Source of the DNA: a virus
Reading direction: 5' to 3' (one strand)
Length of the DNA: 64,000 bases
Virus record (IMG/VR): IMGVR_UViG_3300005096_000103
Location: 64,001 to 128,000 of that record
Under the pieces are notes generated by a model that worked only from the letters and a program-made list of their open reading frames with translations, did not search any database and was not told the origin of the DNA. Of the stretch, positions 18,128-29,232 are shown in pieces. Positions within the stretch are counted from its first letter, which is position 1; each line of letters opens with the position of its first letter. A program made the translations under genes and the position numbers.

Positions 18128-18168
18128 AATAGTGTATACTGGACTCCTTTTGAGGGGAGTGTGACACC

Positions 18169-18612
18169 TTGGCAAATACAAAAGACGACATTTGGGTTAA
18201 CCTATTTAGTGACGAACTCAATCAGGTGCAGTTCTCCTTTGGGTTAGGGGCGGGAGAGATACAGCGTGTATCAGGTAAGACACGCGTGCTTATGCAGTGG
18301 GTCAAAGTCCTTATGACCCGCCCAGGCTCTAATATCTTTGATCTTAACTACGGTACAGTGTTCAGCGAGCTTGTAAACTCTAATACTTCTGACGACGCAT
18401 ACGCTCGTGAAGTTGGAGCGGCTGGTATAGACCAGGCAACGGCAATTATAAAAAAGAATCAGTTAGGTAAGAGTTTCCCTGCAGGTGAGCGTCTAGAAAA
18501 CCACGAACTCCTCTCATTCGAAAAGTTGTCTGATACGAGCGTGTCCTTCATCGTGTCTCTCGTAAACGAACTCGGTGAGTCTATGTTGGTTGGCATTAGA
18601 ACAGGAAGTTGA
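18169..18612 (+). CDS. gp25/GPW-like baseplate wedge subunit
   Basis: About 147 aa; VLMT.PGSNIFDLNYGT and C-terminal beta pattern; precedes the baseplate J-like gene. Confidence 0.75.
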   Translation: MANTKDDIWVNLFSDELNQVQFSFGLGAGEIQRVSGKTRVLMQWVKVLMTRPGSNIFDLNYGTVFSELVNSNTSDDAYAREVGAAGIDQATAIIKKNQLGKSFPAGERLENHELLSFEKLSDTSVSFIVSLVNELGESMLVGIRTGS

Positions 18613-18615
18613 TAA

Positions 18616-21090
18616 ATGGCCACTGTAACGTTATCTGCGTCTGACATACAGAAAGCTGAAGAGTTTGTAGCTAGCTTCTTAGCAGCTGAAAACCCTGATG
18701 CTGACTACTCTAAAGGTTCAACCCTCCGAGATCTCGCGGTACGCGGTATCGCTATCTCATATGCGTACCTCACCTCACTATCTGATAAGGTACGCACGCT
18801 CTCAAGAATCAAAGAGATAGCTGTTATCACTGACGATGAAGAGCGTGCTGAGGCTATAATCAATTTCTCAGCTAACTTCTTTCTCACGCCACGAGCTGGT
18901 CGATACGCCCAGGGTTTAGTAGATATCTACTTTGATAAGCCCGTGTTTGGTGTTGTACCTAGCGCGTCTATATTCACGTTCAATTCTACGATTAACTACG
19001 TCCTTAACAACTTAGGTCAGCCACTAATCTTTGACACTGGAGATCTGACTACCGTATCCGTAGGTTTAGGGGGCAATACTCAGGTCCTGTATACGCTTCG
19101 TGTCCCTATCATAGCACTGAAAGTTGGAACTAGCTCACACATCGTTCCTCAAGTAGCTAGCAACTTTACTAGATTTCTCGCTGAAATAGTAAAAGTCGAA
19201 TCTATAGAGCCTATCACAAACGGTAGTGACGTTGAAGATGCTGATGTTTTCTTAGAGCGGATCCCTAACGCAATAACTGTAAGGAATCTACTGACTGAAC
19301 GTTCAATAACTACAGTTCTCACAGAAGGTTATCCACAGATAAGCTCACTCACTGTCATCGGCGCTGAAGACAGTGAGATGACTCGGGATATATCTCCCAT
19401 CTCCACAGAAGCTTTACCAATACACACAGGTGGTTCTGTAGACATTTTTGTTGATACTGGGATCATCACTACAGTATTCGAGGGTCTTATAGGTTCTCCA
19501 GCTACAGAGCGCTCCCCCTTGATTACAGTCTTCCGTGACTTACAGCTTATCGATATGGGAGTTGACTGGCGTGGTATGGTCGAACCAGGGGATACACTAC
19601 GAATCTACAATACTGAGGGGTCTGAGCCTAGCCTCTATCTAATACATAATGTTAGCGGTTACTTCCTCAGAGTCCAGGACCTCTTGCCGTTCAAGACGGC
19701 CAGGCCTGTAATCCTGCATAACGGAACCCGCTATGAGGAGTGTACACTCGTTGTTGCGACACTTATACTTACAGTCCCCTATACAAAGTTCACGAGTAGT
19801 GACATCGGTAACTTTGTATACCTCTGGGCTGCGGGTGATGCCTACTACAAAGAGATCAAATCCATCGTCAATCTGACCAGTCAAGGTTATGGGGACGTAG
19901 AACTAATTGACGTTGAAGGCGACCTCGCTACGTTTGCTACTAGTGGCATATCTGTGAGTGCATATGACTCTAAGGTCGAGTACTCTATTGGAGACGATGC
20001 TCCTACATACGCTAATAAGATGAGCAAGCGAGACTTTGGCCAGATAACTCGTAGTTACTTCTCGCCTGATGGAGTTATACTTACCGGGCTCCCAATATAC
20101 AAGATACACAGTGTAACACTCGTAGATACCACAAATCTTGCTGCATCTGCCGAAGTAGGTGGGGCGTCATTCGTAACTAGAGTTAATGTTCCACCAGAGA
20201 TGAAAGCAGATAAGACGCTCAACTATGAGTATCAAGCTATCAGCTTTGCCCCTAACTACCACCAGTCTACTAAAAGCTCGACACTAATACGTGTAGGCCC
20301 TGTGGACTCTAGAGGTGGCAACCAAGGCTCACTCGCTGTAACGAATGCTGCAACTCGGCAGGGCGTCTTTTCTAGTTTAGCTCCTGACTTTACTGTAGCA
20401 GACGTAGGCCTTGAGATCCTAGTGACCAAGGCGTTCAACCCTGGAAACGCAGGGCTTTATACGATTGATAGTGTCATAGACTCTAAGAACGTAAACGTAA
20501 CTAAAAACTCAAGGCACTATGATCCTGATGCTTTGGCTAATGAGATAAACTTAACCTGGGAAGTTATCGCGTCTAGTCGCGTTAGCGGATTACTACGTGT
20601 TACCTACGACACACTGAGTAACTTTAGTAGCCTGGCTGCATACGTTCAAGATTCTCCAGATCGTGTTGTAGCCTCAAGCCCGTTAGTTAAAGGCTACCAC
20701 CCTGTCTACCTTAGCATGAGCTTGAACTACACTGTTAAGACTGGTGAAGACCCGCCTGACGAAAATCAGATGAAAGCCAGTGTTGTAGACTTCGTAAACA
20801 ACTTCCTGGCTACTGACGTACTCAACGTAGGAGATATTACTAGCTACCTACGTCGGGCATTTACGAGCATAGGAAATATACTGCAACCTGTTAAAGTGGA
20901 CTACACGCTATACTCTCCCACAGGGGATGCTATCGTGTTCACTACCTACGACATAGTTGAAATATCCTCTACTAGTCTACTCTCTGCTTCGGACAGCGCA
21001 CTCTACTCCCTCGCTAAGAAATACGGGGTTAGTGATCGAACTGTGAGATATGTCTGTACCCGCAGTGACATCTCCCTCCTGAAGGTGTAA
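18616..21090 (+). CDS. Baseplate J-like wedge protein (gp6-like)
   Basis: DYSKGSTLRDLAV, ITNGSDVEDAD..L.R, ITVRNLLTERSI, GG.VDIFV motifs. Confidence 0.75.
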   Translation: MATVTLSASDIQKAEEFVASFLAAENPDADYSKGSTLRDLAVRGIAISYAYLTSLSDKVRTLSRIKEIAVITDDEERAEAIINFSANFFLTPRAGRYAQGLVDIYFDKPVFGVVPSASIFTFNSTINYVLNNLGQPLIFDTGDLTTVSVGLGGNTQVLYTLRVPIIALKVGTSSHIVPQVASNFTRFLAEIVKVESIEPITNGSDVEDADVFLERIPNAITVRNLLTERSITTVLTEGYPQISSLTVIGAEDSEMTRDISPISTEALPIHTGGSVDIFVDTGIITTVFEGLIGSPATERSPLITVFRDLQLIDMGVDWRGMVEPGDTLRIYNTEGSEPSLYLIHNVSGYFLRVQDLLPFKTARPVILHNGTRYEECTLVVATLILTVPYTKFTSSDIGNFVYLWAAGDAYYKEIKSIVNLTSQGYGDVELIDVEGDLATFATSGISVSAYDSKVEYSIGDDAPTYANKMSKRDFGQITRSYFSPDGVILTGLPIYKIHSVTLVDTTNLAASAEVGGASFVTRVNVPPEMKADKTLNYEYQAISFAPNYHQSTKSSTLIRVGPVDSRGGNQGSLAVTNAATRQGVFSSLAPDFTVADVGLEILVTKAFNPGNAGLYTIDSVIDSKNVNVTKNSRHYDPDALANEINLTWEVIASSRVSGLLRVTYDTLSNFSSLAAYVQDSPDRVVASSPLVKGYHPVYLSMSLNYTVKTGEDPPDENQMKASVVDFVNNFLATDVLNVGDITSYLRRAFTSIGNILQPVKVDYTLYSPTGDAIVFTTYDIVEISSTSLLSASDSALYSLAKKYGVSDRTVRYVCTRSDISLLKV

Positions 21091-21092
21091 TT

Positions 21093-24000
21093 ATGAGCGA
21101 ATTCCCTGGAGACGAAGACACCTATCTTAAGAACCTCGATTCATTCTGGACAGAGCTATTCACTGATACACCTATCCTAAACTCTATGTACCGTGGAGCT
21201 GAGGCCTTAATGGCTGAGTCGTACTTCACTCTCCTCCGGGAAGCTGCGTCGACTACTCTACAAAATACCCCTATCTATGCCCGCGAGTACTTCTCCGTCA
21301 TCTCATTCGTTGAGAGTGATCTTAAACTCGTTACTAGCGCAGGTACAACGTTCTATACATTCCTTCTCCCTGTGGGGGTGCAGTCTGTAGCGTTTATCAA
21401 AGATAGACCTCTAGATGAGAATACCATTCTAGAGAACGACCGAGACTATACAGTTAGCGATGTCACAACTATTATCCTGCCTGGAGCGCCATTAGAAGCT
21501 ACACGACGATTAATTTCGTTTTCAGCAAATCCTTTTGATATTGAAGGTGTAGCTACGACAATAGAGACGTTAACGTCTAATACACTTAACGCAGCAACAG
21601 ATGGGTTTGTGTCGGGTGGTCGACCACCTACGCACATCACATCATCATCTCTAGACCAGAATACACTGCTGAATAGTCGTAACTCGACCCGTCGTACATT
21701 TACGACGCTAGGGATAGTAGCGTCTCGTAGAACCTCCACGTTCTACCAGGGAAACATCTCTTGGCTTGAAGCTCCGTCACCTGTTTTCAGTGTAGAGCAC
21801 GTCGGCCTAACAATCAGAGTCTATGACTCTGGTGGACTTATTGGAACTGGAAAGGTCACTGGCGTATTCTCATCTCGCGTAGTAACTACAGACACGAGCT
21901 ACGTTACTTTAGATCCTACCGTAAGCTTCGAGCTGGTTAACCCTGACTTACTCTCTAGTACAGTAGGCTACGAGATTGTAATACAGGATAGCTACAACCC
22001 CGCTAACTCGGGTATATACACTGTAAGTTCTGTGACTAACGGACTCTCTGTAGTTTTGGACAGGCCACTGAGCTATCTATCTACTGCTCTACAGACTCAA
22101 ACGCTATGTACGCGGGTTGGTAGTATAGTATCTATATTGACTGGACTAACACGGGTAACCCTTAATGACGTGGGAAATTATATTTTCCTTAGCGACCAGA
22201 TTGGCGCAACAGGCTGGTTCCAGATCGTAACGGTTACCAGCCCTAACGTTGATAACTTCATGCAGGTAATTACTGTAGCAGAGTCGTTAGCAGCCTTCGA
22301 CTTGTTTAATCTAGTACTGAGTATTCATAGGATTCCAGTACAGTCTGCGAATATAGGCTGGATACTTCGTACACCCGCTAATGCTCGTAAGATCTCGTTA
22401 GTAGGCGTCGACGTACTTTACGATGATCTATCTCTAGCGTCAAAATACGGTGTACTTCTTGGTAAAGAAGAGGTCTCTAGTCTCACGTACAAAACTCTTC
22501 TCGAAGGCGTGTCACAATACTACTGGAAGGGCCCGACGATAAAAACGCTTTACTCTGCACTTAACTCTATGGCCTCGCTCCCTATAGTTAAAGAAGATAA
22601 AGAGACGCTAGTGAGTCTTGTAGACAACTCCGGTGTTACGACAGTCACTACTTCACTAAATACTTACATACTACCTACAGCACTAGTAAGAGATGATCTA
22701 CTGCTACCTGAGAACTCGTCCTACAAATTCTACAAACTTGAGCATCTAAGTAAAGCTATCATACTTGAAGACGATTATATAGACGAGACATGGCTCTACG
22801 GTAAAAAGCTGCCGACTAAGACGCTACCTCTAGCTACAGAAGCTCAGCGTCGCGTAGATACACGCCAGTATGTGACTACGTTTAATGGTAGCTGGAACTA
22901 CGGGGACATCGGTGTAAACTTCGGCAAGTCTACTGCGGGCGCGATATACCCTAACACAATCCTTAACTATCAAGACGCGTTCTTAGTCGCAGGGTCAACT
23001 GATACGCTTTTTTTCTCACTAGGAGCGTCAAAGATAACTCCCTCGCTTATCGGTAAGACTGTCTATATAAATGGAGAGCAGAATAGTATTAAAGCGGTCC
23101 TTAGTGACACACAGCTAACACTCACAAACCCTCTAGATACTACATACATCGCTAGTCTTACAGGCGATGGTTTTATGTTTGGAAACCAGCTTATATTCCT
23201 CCCTGCTAATAAACTTATCCTGGATAAGAAATACATTGGTGGGATAGTTAGATGGGTCGAAGGTCTAGGAACCGGTCTAAATGTTATCGACTCCTTAATA
23301 TGGGATAGCACTAGTGGATTCTATGTTAGCAACGTAGATGGTACCGCGGCTAACCATCCTATTAGAATCGTAACGTTCGATATGTCTATACCTGTAGTAA
23401 TACTTAACAAACCCCCAACACACCTCACGCTAGGTACAACTACAGCTAGCCTAGTGTCTTCAAATATATTCGGGGTGAGCTACGACCTGACTGATCTGTC
23501 TATAGACTCTGTTAACCTACAAGCGGACATCTCAGATATAGTGGTTAAAGGTCGACCAGCACACACTCTACTCCTTAACCAACCCTTTGCGCTCCTTAGT
23601 GACCTAGCTAGTTTCTCTGATGATCTACGTAGCTTATCTGTATTACCTGAAGAACTATTCAGAGTCATGTCTAACCCATTGACTATGAATGGGGGCTGGG
23701 TGTACGGAGACTCATACACACTAGTTAATGGGTACATAACCTGGAACAAACGGTATTTTGGTCCTGAAGTGTTAAATACTGTAGCTCTTCCTACAAACCC
23801 TTTCGACGCTAATGGTCTGATTCTGCACAGAGCTTTCGACGCTACATATGCAACCGAAGTTTATGTCTCTGCATACCTAAAGTCTGGTGGTGTAGCAGGA
23901 GTATACACACTAGAAGTTATGCTGTGGGATTCAGGTGCAAACATCTGGCTAGCAACAGGTATCATAAAGAGCGTGTCTAACGCTGCTGGGAGTCCTATTA

Positions 24001-24515
24001 CGATGTTCAACACTGGCGGAGCCCCTATAGCGTTCAAGCTTACACCTGTAGGTGCTGCTGTAATCTCTGATGTCTGTCTTGCTGTTGGGGCGCGCCGTGC
24101 ATTAGGTATCTTCGTTACACATAGCGCCTACACTCTATCCGGTTCAGCGGGGTCTATAATCCTCGGTAACAATGTTATGACTGACGCAGCGTCAACGTTC
24201 TTTGATCTTGACGTAGGGCGTGAAATTTCGCTTACGTACCCTGGATCGCCAGAAGTGTACGATAGCTGTCGGATAGTCTCGATACCTTCTCCGACGTCTG
24301 TGCGTTTGGTCTTTTCTTCTAGTAACCTCGACTATACAGCTCCTATGACCTCTGGTATAATCTCATGGAAGTTTAGAGCCCAGAGACGCTGGGGTCAAAC
24401 ACCTGTTGAGATAGGCTACACACTAACACCTAGCGTCCATAATCCAACAGGGACTGTCGCTGGAGATAATTTTATCGAAGAACTTCCAGTAGAAGTGAGC
24501 CTATTTGACACCTAA
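21093..24515 (+). CDS. Large baseplate wedge / peripheral structural protein
   Basis: 1140 aa, beta-rich, Thr/Ser/Val-rich; YYWKGPTIKTLYSALN segment; follows baseplate J. Confidence 0.6.
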   Translation: MSEFPGDEDTYLKNLDSFWTELFTDTPILNSMYRGAEALMAESYFTLLREAASTTLQNTPIYAREYFSVISFVESDLKLVTSAGTTFYTFLLPVGVQSVAFIKDRPLDENTILENDRDYTVSDVTTIILPGAPLEATRRLISFSANPFDIEGVATTIETLTSNTLNAATDGFVSGGRPPTHITSSSLDQNTLLNSRNSTRRTFTTLGIVASRRTSTFYQGNISWLEAPSPVFSVEHVGLTIRVYDSGGLIGTGKVTGVFSSRVVTTDTSYVTLDPTVSFELVNPDLLSSTVGYEIVIQDSYNPANSGIYTVSSVTNGLSVVLDRPLSYLSTALQTQTLCTRVGSIVSILTGLTRVTLNDVGNYIFLSDQIGATGWFQIVTVTSPNVDNFMQVITVAESLAAFDLFNLVLSIHRIPVQSANIGWILRTPANARKISLVGVDVLYDDLSLASKYGVLLGKEEVSSLTYKTLLEGVSQYYWKGPTIKTLYSALNSMASLPIVKEDKETLVSLVDNSGVTTVTTSLNTYILPTALVRDDLLLPENSSYKFYKLEHLSKAIILEDDYIDETWLYGKKLPTKTLPLATEAQRRVDTRQYVTTFNGSWNYGDIGVNFGKSTAGAIYPNTILNYQDAFLVAGSTDTLFFSLGASKITPSLIGKTVYINGEQNSIKAVLSDTQLTLTNPLDTTYIASLTGDGFMFGNQLIFLPANKLILDKKYIGGIVRWVEGLGTGLNVIDSLIWDSTSGFYVSNVDGTAANHPIRIVTFDMSIPVVILNKPPTHLTLGTTTASLVSSNIFGVSYDLTDLSIDSVNLQADISDIVVKGRPAHTLLLNQPFALLSDLASFSDDLRSLSVLPEELFRVMSNPLTMNGGWVYGDSYTLVNGYITWNKRYFGPEVLNTVALPTNPFDANGLILHRAFDATYATEVYVSAYLKSGGVAGVYTLEVMLWDSGANIWLATGIIKSVSNAAGSPITMFNTGGAPIAFKLTPVGAAVISDVCLAVGARRALGIFVTHSAYTLSGSAGSIILGNNVMTDAASTFFDLDVGREISLTYPGSPEVYDSCRIVSIPSPTSVRLVFSSSNLDYTAPMTSGIISWKFRAQRRWGQTPVEIGYTLTPSVHNPTGTVAGDNFIEELPVEVSLFDT

Positions 24516-24554
24516 GGCCCACGACTTATAAAACCACGTAAGGAGCTCAACCTG

Positions 24555-25106
24555 ATGGCCAACGGATTTATTAGTTACGGCCGGACACGTATATACCGAA
24601 TAACGGATGACGAGCGTGTATGTATTCTTGATAAGAGAAACCAGGTAACAACTGCGTTTCTTACAAATATTATGCGGCTTCTACTTCAGCGGGCCACAGA
24701 TCCTGCTGCAGTAGAGAACCAGTTGTTCTCTATATGGTTTGAAGCTAGTGCAGTCGCTCTTGCTAATCCCTCTATTACAGACACTGGGCCTGATGCAGCT
24801 TCCACAGTTGTAGCGCAGAAGATCGTGGCTGACGGTGACAAGATTGACAGCTCAGAAGGTTCAGACACTGTAGTAGCTGAGGTTAAAGCCTCCCTTGACA
24901 AACTAGAAGGAGTTGGGACAAGCATTGCGGGCTTTAGCTTATTTACAAAAGGTACACTAGCTGCGCCTCCAGCACCAGGAGGTTGGGTCCCAGGTACTGA
25001 TAACGTATGGTGTGTTGCACGCCAGGTCATAAGCCCCTTCGTTAAAACAGATAAATTCGCTCTTGAGATGAAGTGGGCGATAATCCTTAAAGCAGTAACC
25101 GTTTAA
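24555..25106 (+). CDS. Tail-fibre attachment / collar-like protein (inferred)
   Basis: 183 aa with AGGAG SD, between wedge and fibre genes. Confidence 0.5.
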   Translation: MANGFISYGRTRIYRITDDERVCILDKRNQVTTAFLTNIMRLLLQRATDPAAVENQLFSIWFEASAVALANPSITDTGPDAASTVVAQKIVADGDKIDSSEGSDTVVAEVKASLDKLEGVGTSIAGFSLFTKGTLAAPPAPGGWVPGTDNVWCVARQVISPFVKTDKFALEMKWAIILKAVTV

Positions 25107-25121
25107 TCAAAGGCAACACTG

Positions 25122-27881
25122 ATGTCCAATAAGAATGTAGACTTAACGACTATAGTTGATGATGGTACTGACCAAGCTTCATCTATCCAGCCTATCGGCG
25201 CTGAAGCTGCAACTCCTACAGTCGCGAACCGTCCTCATGAGAATCTACGCGTACGCACTGAAACTCTTCGTCGTGTAGCTAACATAGCTTCGTTCATGTC
25301 TGACAGATTCAGTAACTGGATACTAGACACGACGTCTGGTAGTACGTTGATAACGTATGGGGATACGTATGGTGGAGGAGCCCCTGCTGGAAACGAAGGA
25401 CGCATAGTCATAGGAAACGGAACAACTGACACAATGTTCCTCTTTAACTTTATGTCTGCAGGCGAGCCTAGAGGCGGAGCATCTGGTGACGCTGCGACCC
25501 CCTATGAAAACCTCTTGTCGTGGGAGACTTTTACAGACGGTGCAGCTACTTTCACACTGACGTCAAATAGCCTAGCTTCAGAGGGCGGTCACTGGGTAAG
25601 TATTACAGTCGTAGCATCGTCACAGCTTGAACCTCTAGTAACACTTGAAATAAAAGGTAATGCAGCTACAGTAGCTAACAAGCCTTTCACTCCTGGTGTT
25701 ACTGAAATTGTAGCTACAGTCTCAGGTATCGCGCCATTTCATACTGTAGATGATATACGTGTCGCAATACTAGGAAACGCAACAGCTAATGCGCTTGTGA
25801 CGATGACAGTGTCCGCTGCCGGCACAGCGTTCATGATTCCAAAAACTCGTCTACGCCAGGGATTAGAGACAGTAATGTTCTCAGTCTCCGGGTCTGTTAT
25901 GGCCAGCTTCTTTGCTGCTACTAACGACAACCTGCTTCGCGACGGGGACACACTCGCAGTATACTTTGCGGACGAACAAGTTCTCCTGTCAAAAGTTACT
26001 ACAGGGGGTGGTATACCTGCGCTGCTGTCCTCTAACTTGAAGAATATCTCACGCTACATAGACGATAGTCTCGGTGGCGGAGTATTAATCCCAATTTGCA
26101 AAGCATTCAACAACAAAGTTGTGTTCGTTAACGGGACTACAATCTCGAATACAACTCCAGGTAAGCTGTCTCTCCATGCAACGTCTATCTTAGCAAACGC
26201 ATTAACAGGTCGGGTCGTTACTGGAGCATCACCTTCTATCCAGGACGACTTAAACGCTATAGCTCTAGCGTTCAATACGCTGACCGATGCTGCAAATGCT
26301 GGTATTGATGCACCGATACACTTAGGCGGCGTCGCAGCTGGAGGGCGCTATATCGGGCGTAATACTGACGTAGCTCTACCTGCTGACTCTGACCTCGCTG
26401 TAGTTGACGGGATTAGTAACCATGCTACTGCTAATTACGCAGGCATCCGCGCACAGATTAAGCTCAGGACGTCTACAGTAGTCGCTGATGGTGACCAAGG
26501 TGCTGGCTTACTAGAAGTCAGGATTGCACCCCTTAACTCAACAGTCAAAGCGACATTACTCTCGATAACTACTAAGGAGACCCAAGTCGCGTCTGTGTTA
26601 CTACGTATCCCTAAGACGCAACCTAGCGGAGATATCGACTTCTCCGTTGAAGGGTCTACGAGTAACACGGTGTACGGAGACTCTAGTAACACTACTGACT
26701 TAACTAAGACTCACAACGCCCACGAGTTAAAGACTTTCTCAGCTGGCGGCGGTGCTTACACTACTGGGACCCACGCCCAACTCCAGTACCGTCTCGCAGG
26801 TGGCGGAGATCCTGAAGTACGCCTCTCACTGCAGATAAGCGATCAAGACGCTAGTACTGCAAGTTTAACCGACGAGGCGTTCTCCGTAACCAGCGATAAG
26901 GTTGGAATTAACCTCAGAGGCGACGCACACTCTAGCGCGCCACTCACCATAAGAAAGACCAGCGCTGCAGCTAACACAGTTAACCCTAGCGTACGACATA
27001 CTCTAGATGTCACGGGTGGAGGTGTTGGACTCCAGGATCTCGGTGCATCACAAGACATATACCTCGCTAATAGTGTAGGAACACAGTCTAAGGCCGGGGA
27101 CACACGGATCGTATGGCGCGATCCGGCTAACGCGGCAGAGTTATCAGAATTCCATGTAGCTCTTAAACAGTCTGGGACGTTAAACACTCAAGCTCTACAA
27201 ATAAGCGCAGACGGTCGTATAGGGATTAACGCTCCTATCGTAAGTGGCGCTAGTCTTAATAGAGGTCTAGATACTAATCTCACAGACGCTATGATGACGG
27301 ATCGTACCTATGTTAACACGACCGCAACCCCCATTATTGGGTACGGATTCGAAAATAGAGTTTACCTAGACAATAGTGGGAACACTTCGAAGTTAGCTTC
27401 TATAATCACAACCAAGTGGATCAAAACGCCTACAGGTGCTGGCGAAGCGGTCCTAAGACTGAATGCGTATAACGAGGCAGGGACATCACACAACGTAGAC
27501 ATAGACTACTTAGGAAACATTACCGCGCATAACACCGTTGTGGCCTGGGCTAAGATAGTCTCAGCAGGAGGTGTGGATGTTCTAACACCTTTTACATACG
27601 AGTCTAATGCGGCGTGGTCTGGAAATTTCACAGTAAAATCTGGTGGTGCAACTAATGAGATAGTTGTACTCTTCGGCAGCTTCTCTATGAAGAATACCAG
27701 CTATCACGTTGATATCCAACCAGATGATCCGTCAGGTGCTGTTGGTACAATATTCTACGCTTTTATGCTGAAAAGTGGATCTAAAACGACCCTAGGTTTC
27801 TCTGTCTACTGTCGCGATCTAATCTCGGATACCAATACGTATAGACCGTTCACCTTCAAGATTACTGGAGAGAGGGCCTAA
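25122..27881 (+). CDS. Tail fibre / receptor-binding protein candidate
   Basis: 919 aa, Gly/Thr/Ala-rich; RVGINAP repeats and C-terminal VVAWAKI..V.F..MKNTSY.V module. Confidence 0.6.
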   Translation: MSNKNVDLTTIVDDGTDQASSIQPIGAEAATPTVANRPHENLRVRTETLRRVANIASFMSDRFSNWILDTTSGSTLITYGDTYGGGAPAGNEGRIVIGNGTTDTMFLFNFMSAGEPRGGASGDAATPYENLLSWETFTDGAATFTLTSNSLASEGGHWVSITVVASSQLEPLVTLEIKGNAATVANKPFTPGVTEIVATVSGIAPFHTVDDIRVAILGNATANALVTMTVSAAGTAFMIPKTRLRQGLETVMFSVSGSVMASFFAATNDNLLRDGDTLAVYFADEQVLLSKVTTGGGIPALLSSNLKNISRYIDDSLGGGVLIPICKAFNNKVVFVNGTTISNTTPGKLSLHATSILANALTGRVVTGASPSIQDDLNAIALAFNTLTDAANAGIDAPIHLGGVAAGGRYIGRNTDVALPADSDLAVVDGISNHATANYAGIRAQIKLRTSTVVADGDQGAGLLEVRIAPLNSTVKATLLSITTKETQVASVLLRIPKTQPSGDIDFSVEGSTSNTVYGDSSNTTDLTKTHNAHELKTFSAGGGAYTTGTHAQLQYRLAGGGDPEVRLSLQISDQDASTASLTDEAFSVTSDKVGINLRGDAHSSAPLTIRKTSAAANTVNPSVRHTLDVTGGGVGLQDLGASQDIYLANSVGTQSKAGDTRIVWRDPANAAELSEFHVALKQSGTLNTQALQISADGRIGINAPIVSGASLNRGLDTNLTDAMMTDRTYVNTTATPIIGYGFENRVYLDNSGNTSKLASIITTKWIKTPTGAGEAVLRLNAYNEAGTSHNVDIDYLGNITAHNTVVAWAKIVSAGGVDVLTPFTYESNAAWSGNFTVKSGGATNEIVVLFGSFSMKNTSYHVDIQPDDPSGAVGTIFYAFMLKSGSKTTLGFSVYCRDLISDTNTYRPFTFKITGERA

Positions 27882-27885
27882 CTAG

Positions 27886-28233
27886 ATGGACTCTATAGCT
27901 GTTTACGTATTAGGTGTCGTAGTCGTTCTTATTGGCGTCGTCTACGCTGTATCACGCTCTGGTAACTATGATAGGCTTAATCGATTACTCAAGATTTCAG
28001 AAGCGGATAAACGTGTTAAGGATAAGAGTAGTCAGATACTAAAGAAAAACTTAGACACGCAGCTGGAATCCTTAGACGTGAGTATTACACGCGCTAAAGA
28101 AGAGTCTATACGCGCTCGGGACACTGCACGTGAACAGCGTATCAAGATAGACACTGCTTCATCCTGGCAAGCTCTAGACGATATTCTCGCTACACTACCT
28201 AACGATGATAAGGGAGAGAAAGATGGAGAGTAG
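27886..28233 (+). CDS. N-terminal TM plus coiled-coil protein (spanin-like candidate)
   Basis: IAVYVLGVVVVLIGVVYAVS TM helix followed by a charged helical region. Confidence 0.55.
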   Translation: MDSIAVYVLGVVVVLIGVVYAVSRSGNYDRLNRLLKISEADKRVKDKSSQILKKNLDTQLESLDVSITRAKEESIRARDTAREQRIKIDTASSWQALDDILATLPNDDKGEKDGE

Positions 28234-29230
28234 TAGAGACATCCGTGCTGCTAAGTACTCAGGAATAGAGTCTAAGCCGCTAGCTGATCCCCTTGCTGTT
28301 GGCCGAGACGCTGGATTACAGAGTGCAACAGCGTTGTCCTCAGGTCACGGGACTGTCGGCCACCGCATCACTGACGCTGCTTCAGCACAGATATCTAGGA
28401 AGTCACACCCCGGCGGTACAATAGGTGGTATAGCTGGGATGCTGGCGAGTGCACCGATAGCCACACTCGGAGGTCAATACGTACGTGGTCTTACTCGCGG
28501 AGCATTAGCTACCTACGCACCCAACCTCACTGTTAATAACCCACGTGCCGTAGATCTAATATCTCAAAGTGCACAGGGCCTTGCAACAGGTGGAATCGTC
28601 GGAACCGCCACTGCAGCTGGCGCAGCTACTGAAGTAGCACTCCGCAACGCTTACCGAAGACGATCGGAGCGCAAAGCACGCGAATCAGCAGCCGCTGAGT
28701 CAGTTAGACAACGTGCGAGACAAGAGAGCATTGCTAATCCTGGAGCTGCTAATCCTGGAGCTGCTAATCCGAGCATTGCTAATCCCCCGCAGGTCAACAC
28801 AAAGCTAAGCCGTATCAAGGTCGAGGATCTAGATATCTTAGAGTTTGCTAAGGACGTCGTACCTGCGTCAGCTATAGCAGTTGCAGGTGGTGTCTATGGT
28901 TTGGGTGAACTTAAGGAAACTATCAAAGAGGAAGGTCCATCAGGTATCCCGATGATGTTAAGTGGCGGTGCAATCGGCGGTGGTATTGGCAGTGCGTTAG
29001 CTCCGTATGTCGGTGGCGCCACCGGAGCACTTACCGAAGGCGCCGCTATGCTAATAGCTCCACGCTACGCACGTAAAGTCAAAGACACTATCGGAGATGT
29101 TGGTAGTGCTATCGGTGGATACGCTACAACAGGTCTACTCGGCTACATAGGCTACGAAGCTGGCAGATCCTTACGTGATGAGTACGACCCACCTACGTTG
29201 AGAGAACGTATCTTGGATAAGCTGTACTAG
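28223..29230 (+). CDS. Glycine-zipper-rich protein with ANP-repeat linker
   Basis: ATG 28223 after GGGAG; multiple GxxxG helices; SIANPGAANPGAANPSIANP repeat. Confidence 0.7.
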   Translation: MESSRDIRAAKYSGIESKPLADPLAVGRDAGLQSATALSSGHGTVGHRITDAASAQISRKSHPGGTIGGIAGMLASAPIATLGGQYVRGLTRGALATYAPNLTVNNPRAVDLISQSAQGLATGGIVGTATAAGAATEVALRNAYRRRSERKARESAAAESVRQRARQESIANPGAANPGAANPSIANPPQVNTKLSRIKVEDLDILEFAKDVVPASAIAVAGGVYGLGELKETIKEEGPSGIPMMLSGGAIGGGIGSALAPYVGGATGALTEGAAMLIAPRYARKVKDTIGDVGSAIGGYATTGLLGYIGYEAGRSLRDEYDPPTLRERILDKLY

Positions 29231-29232
29231 TA

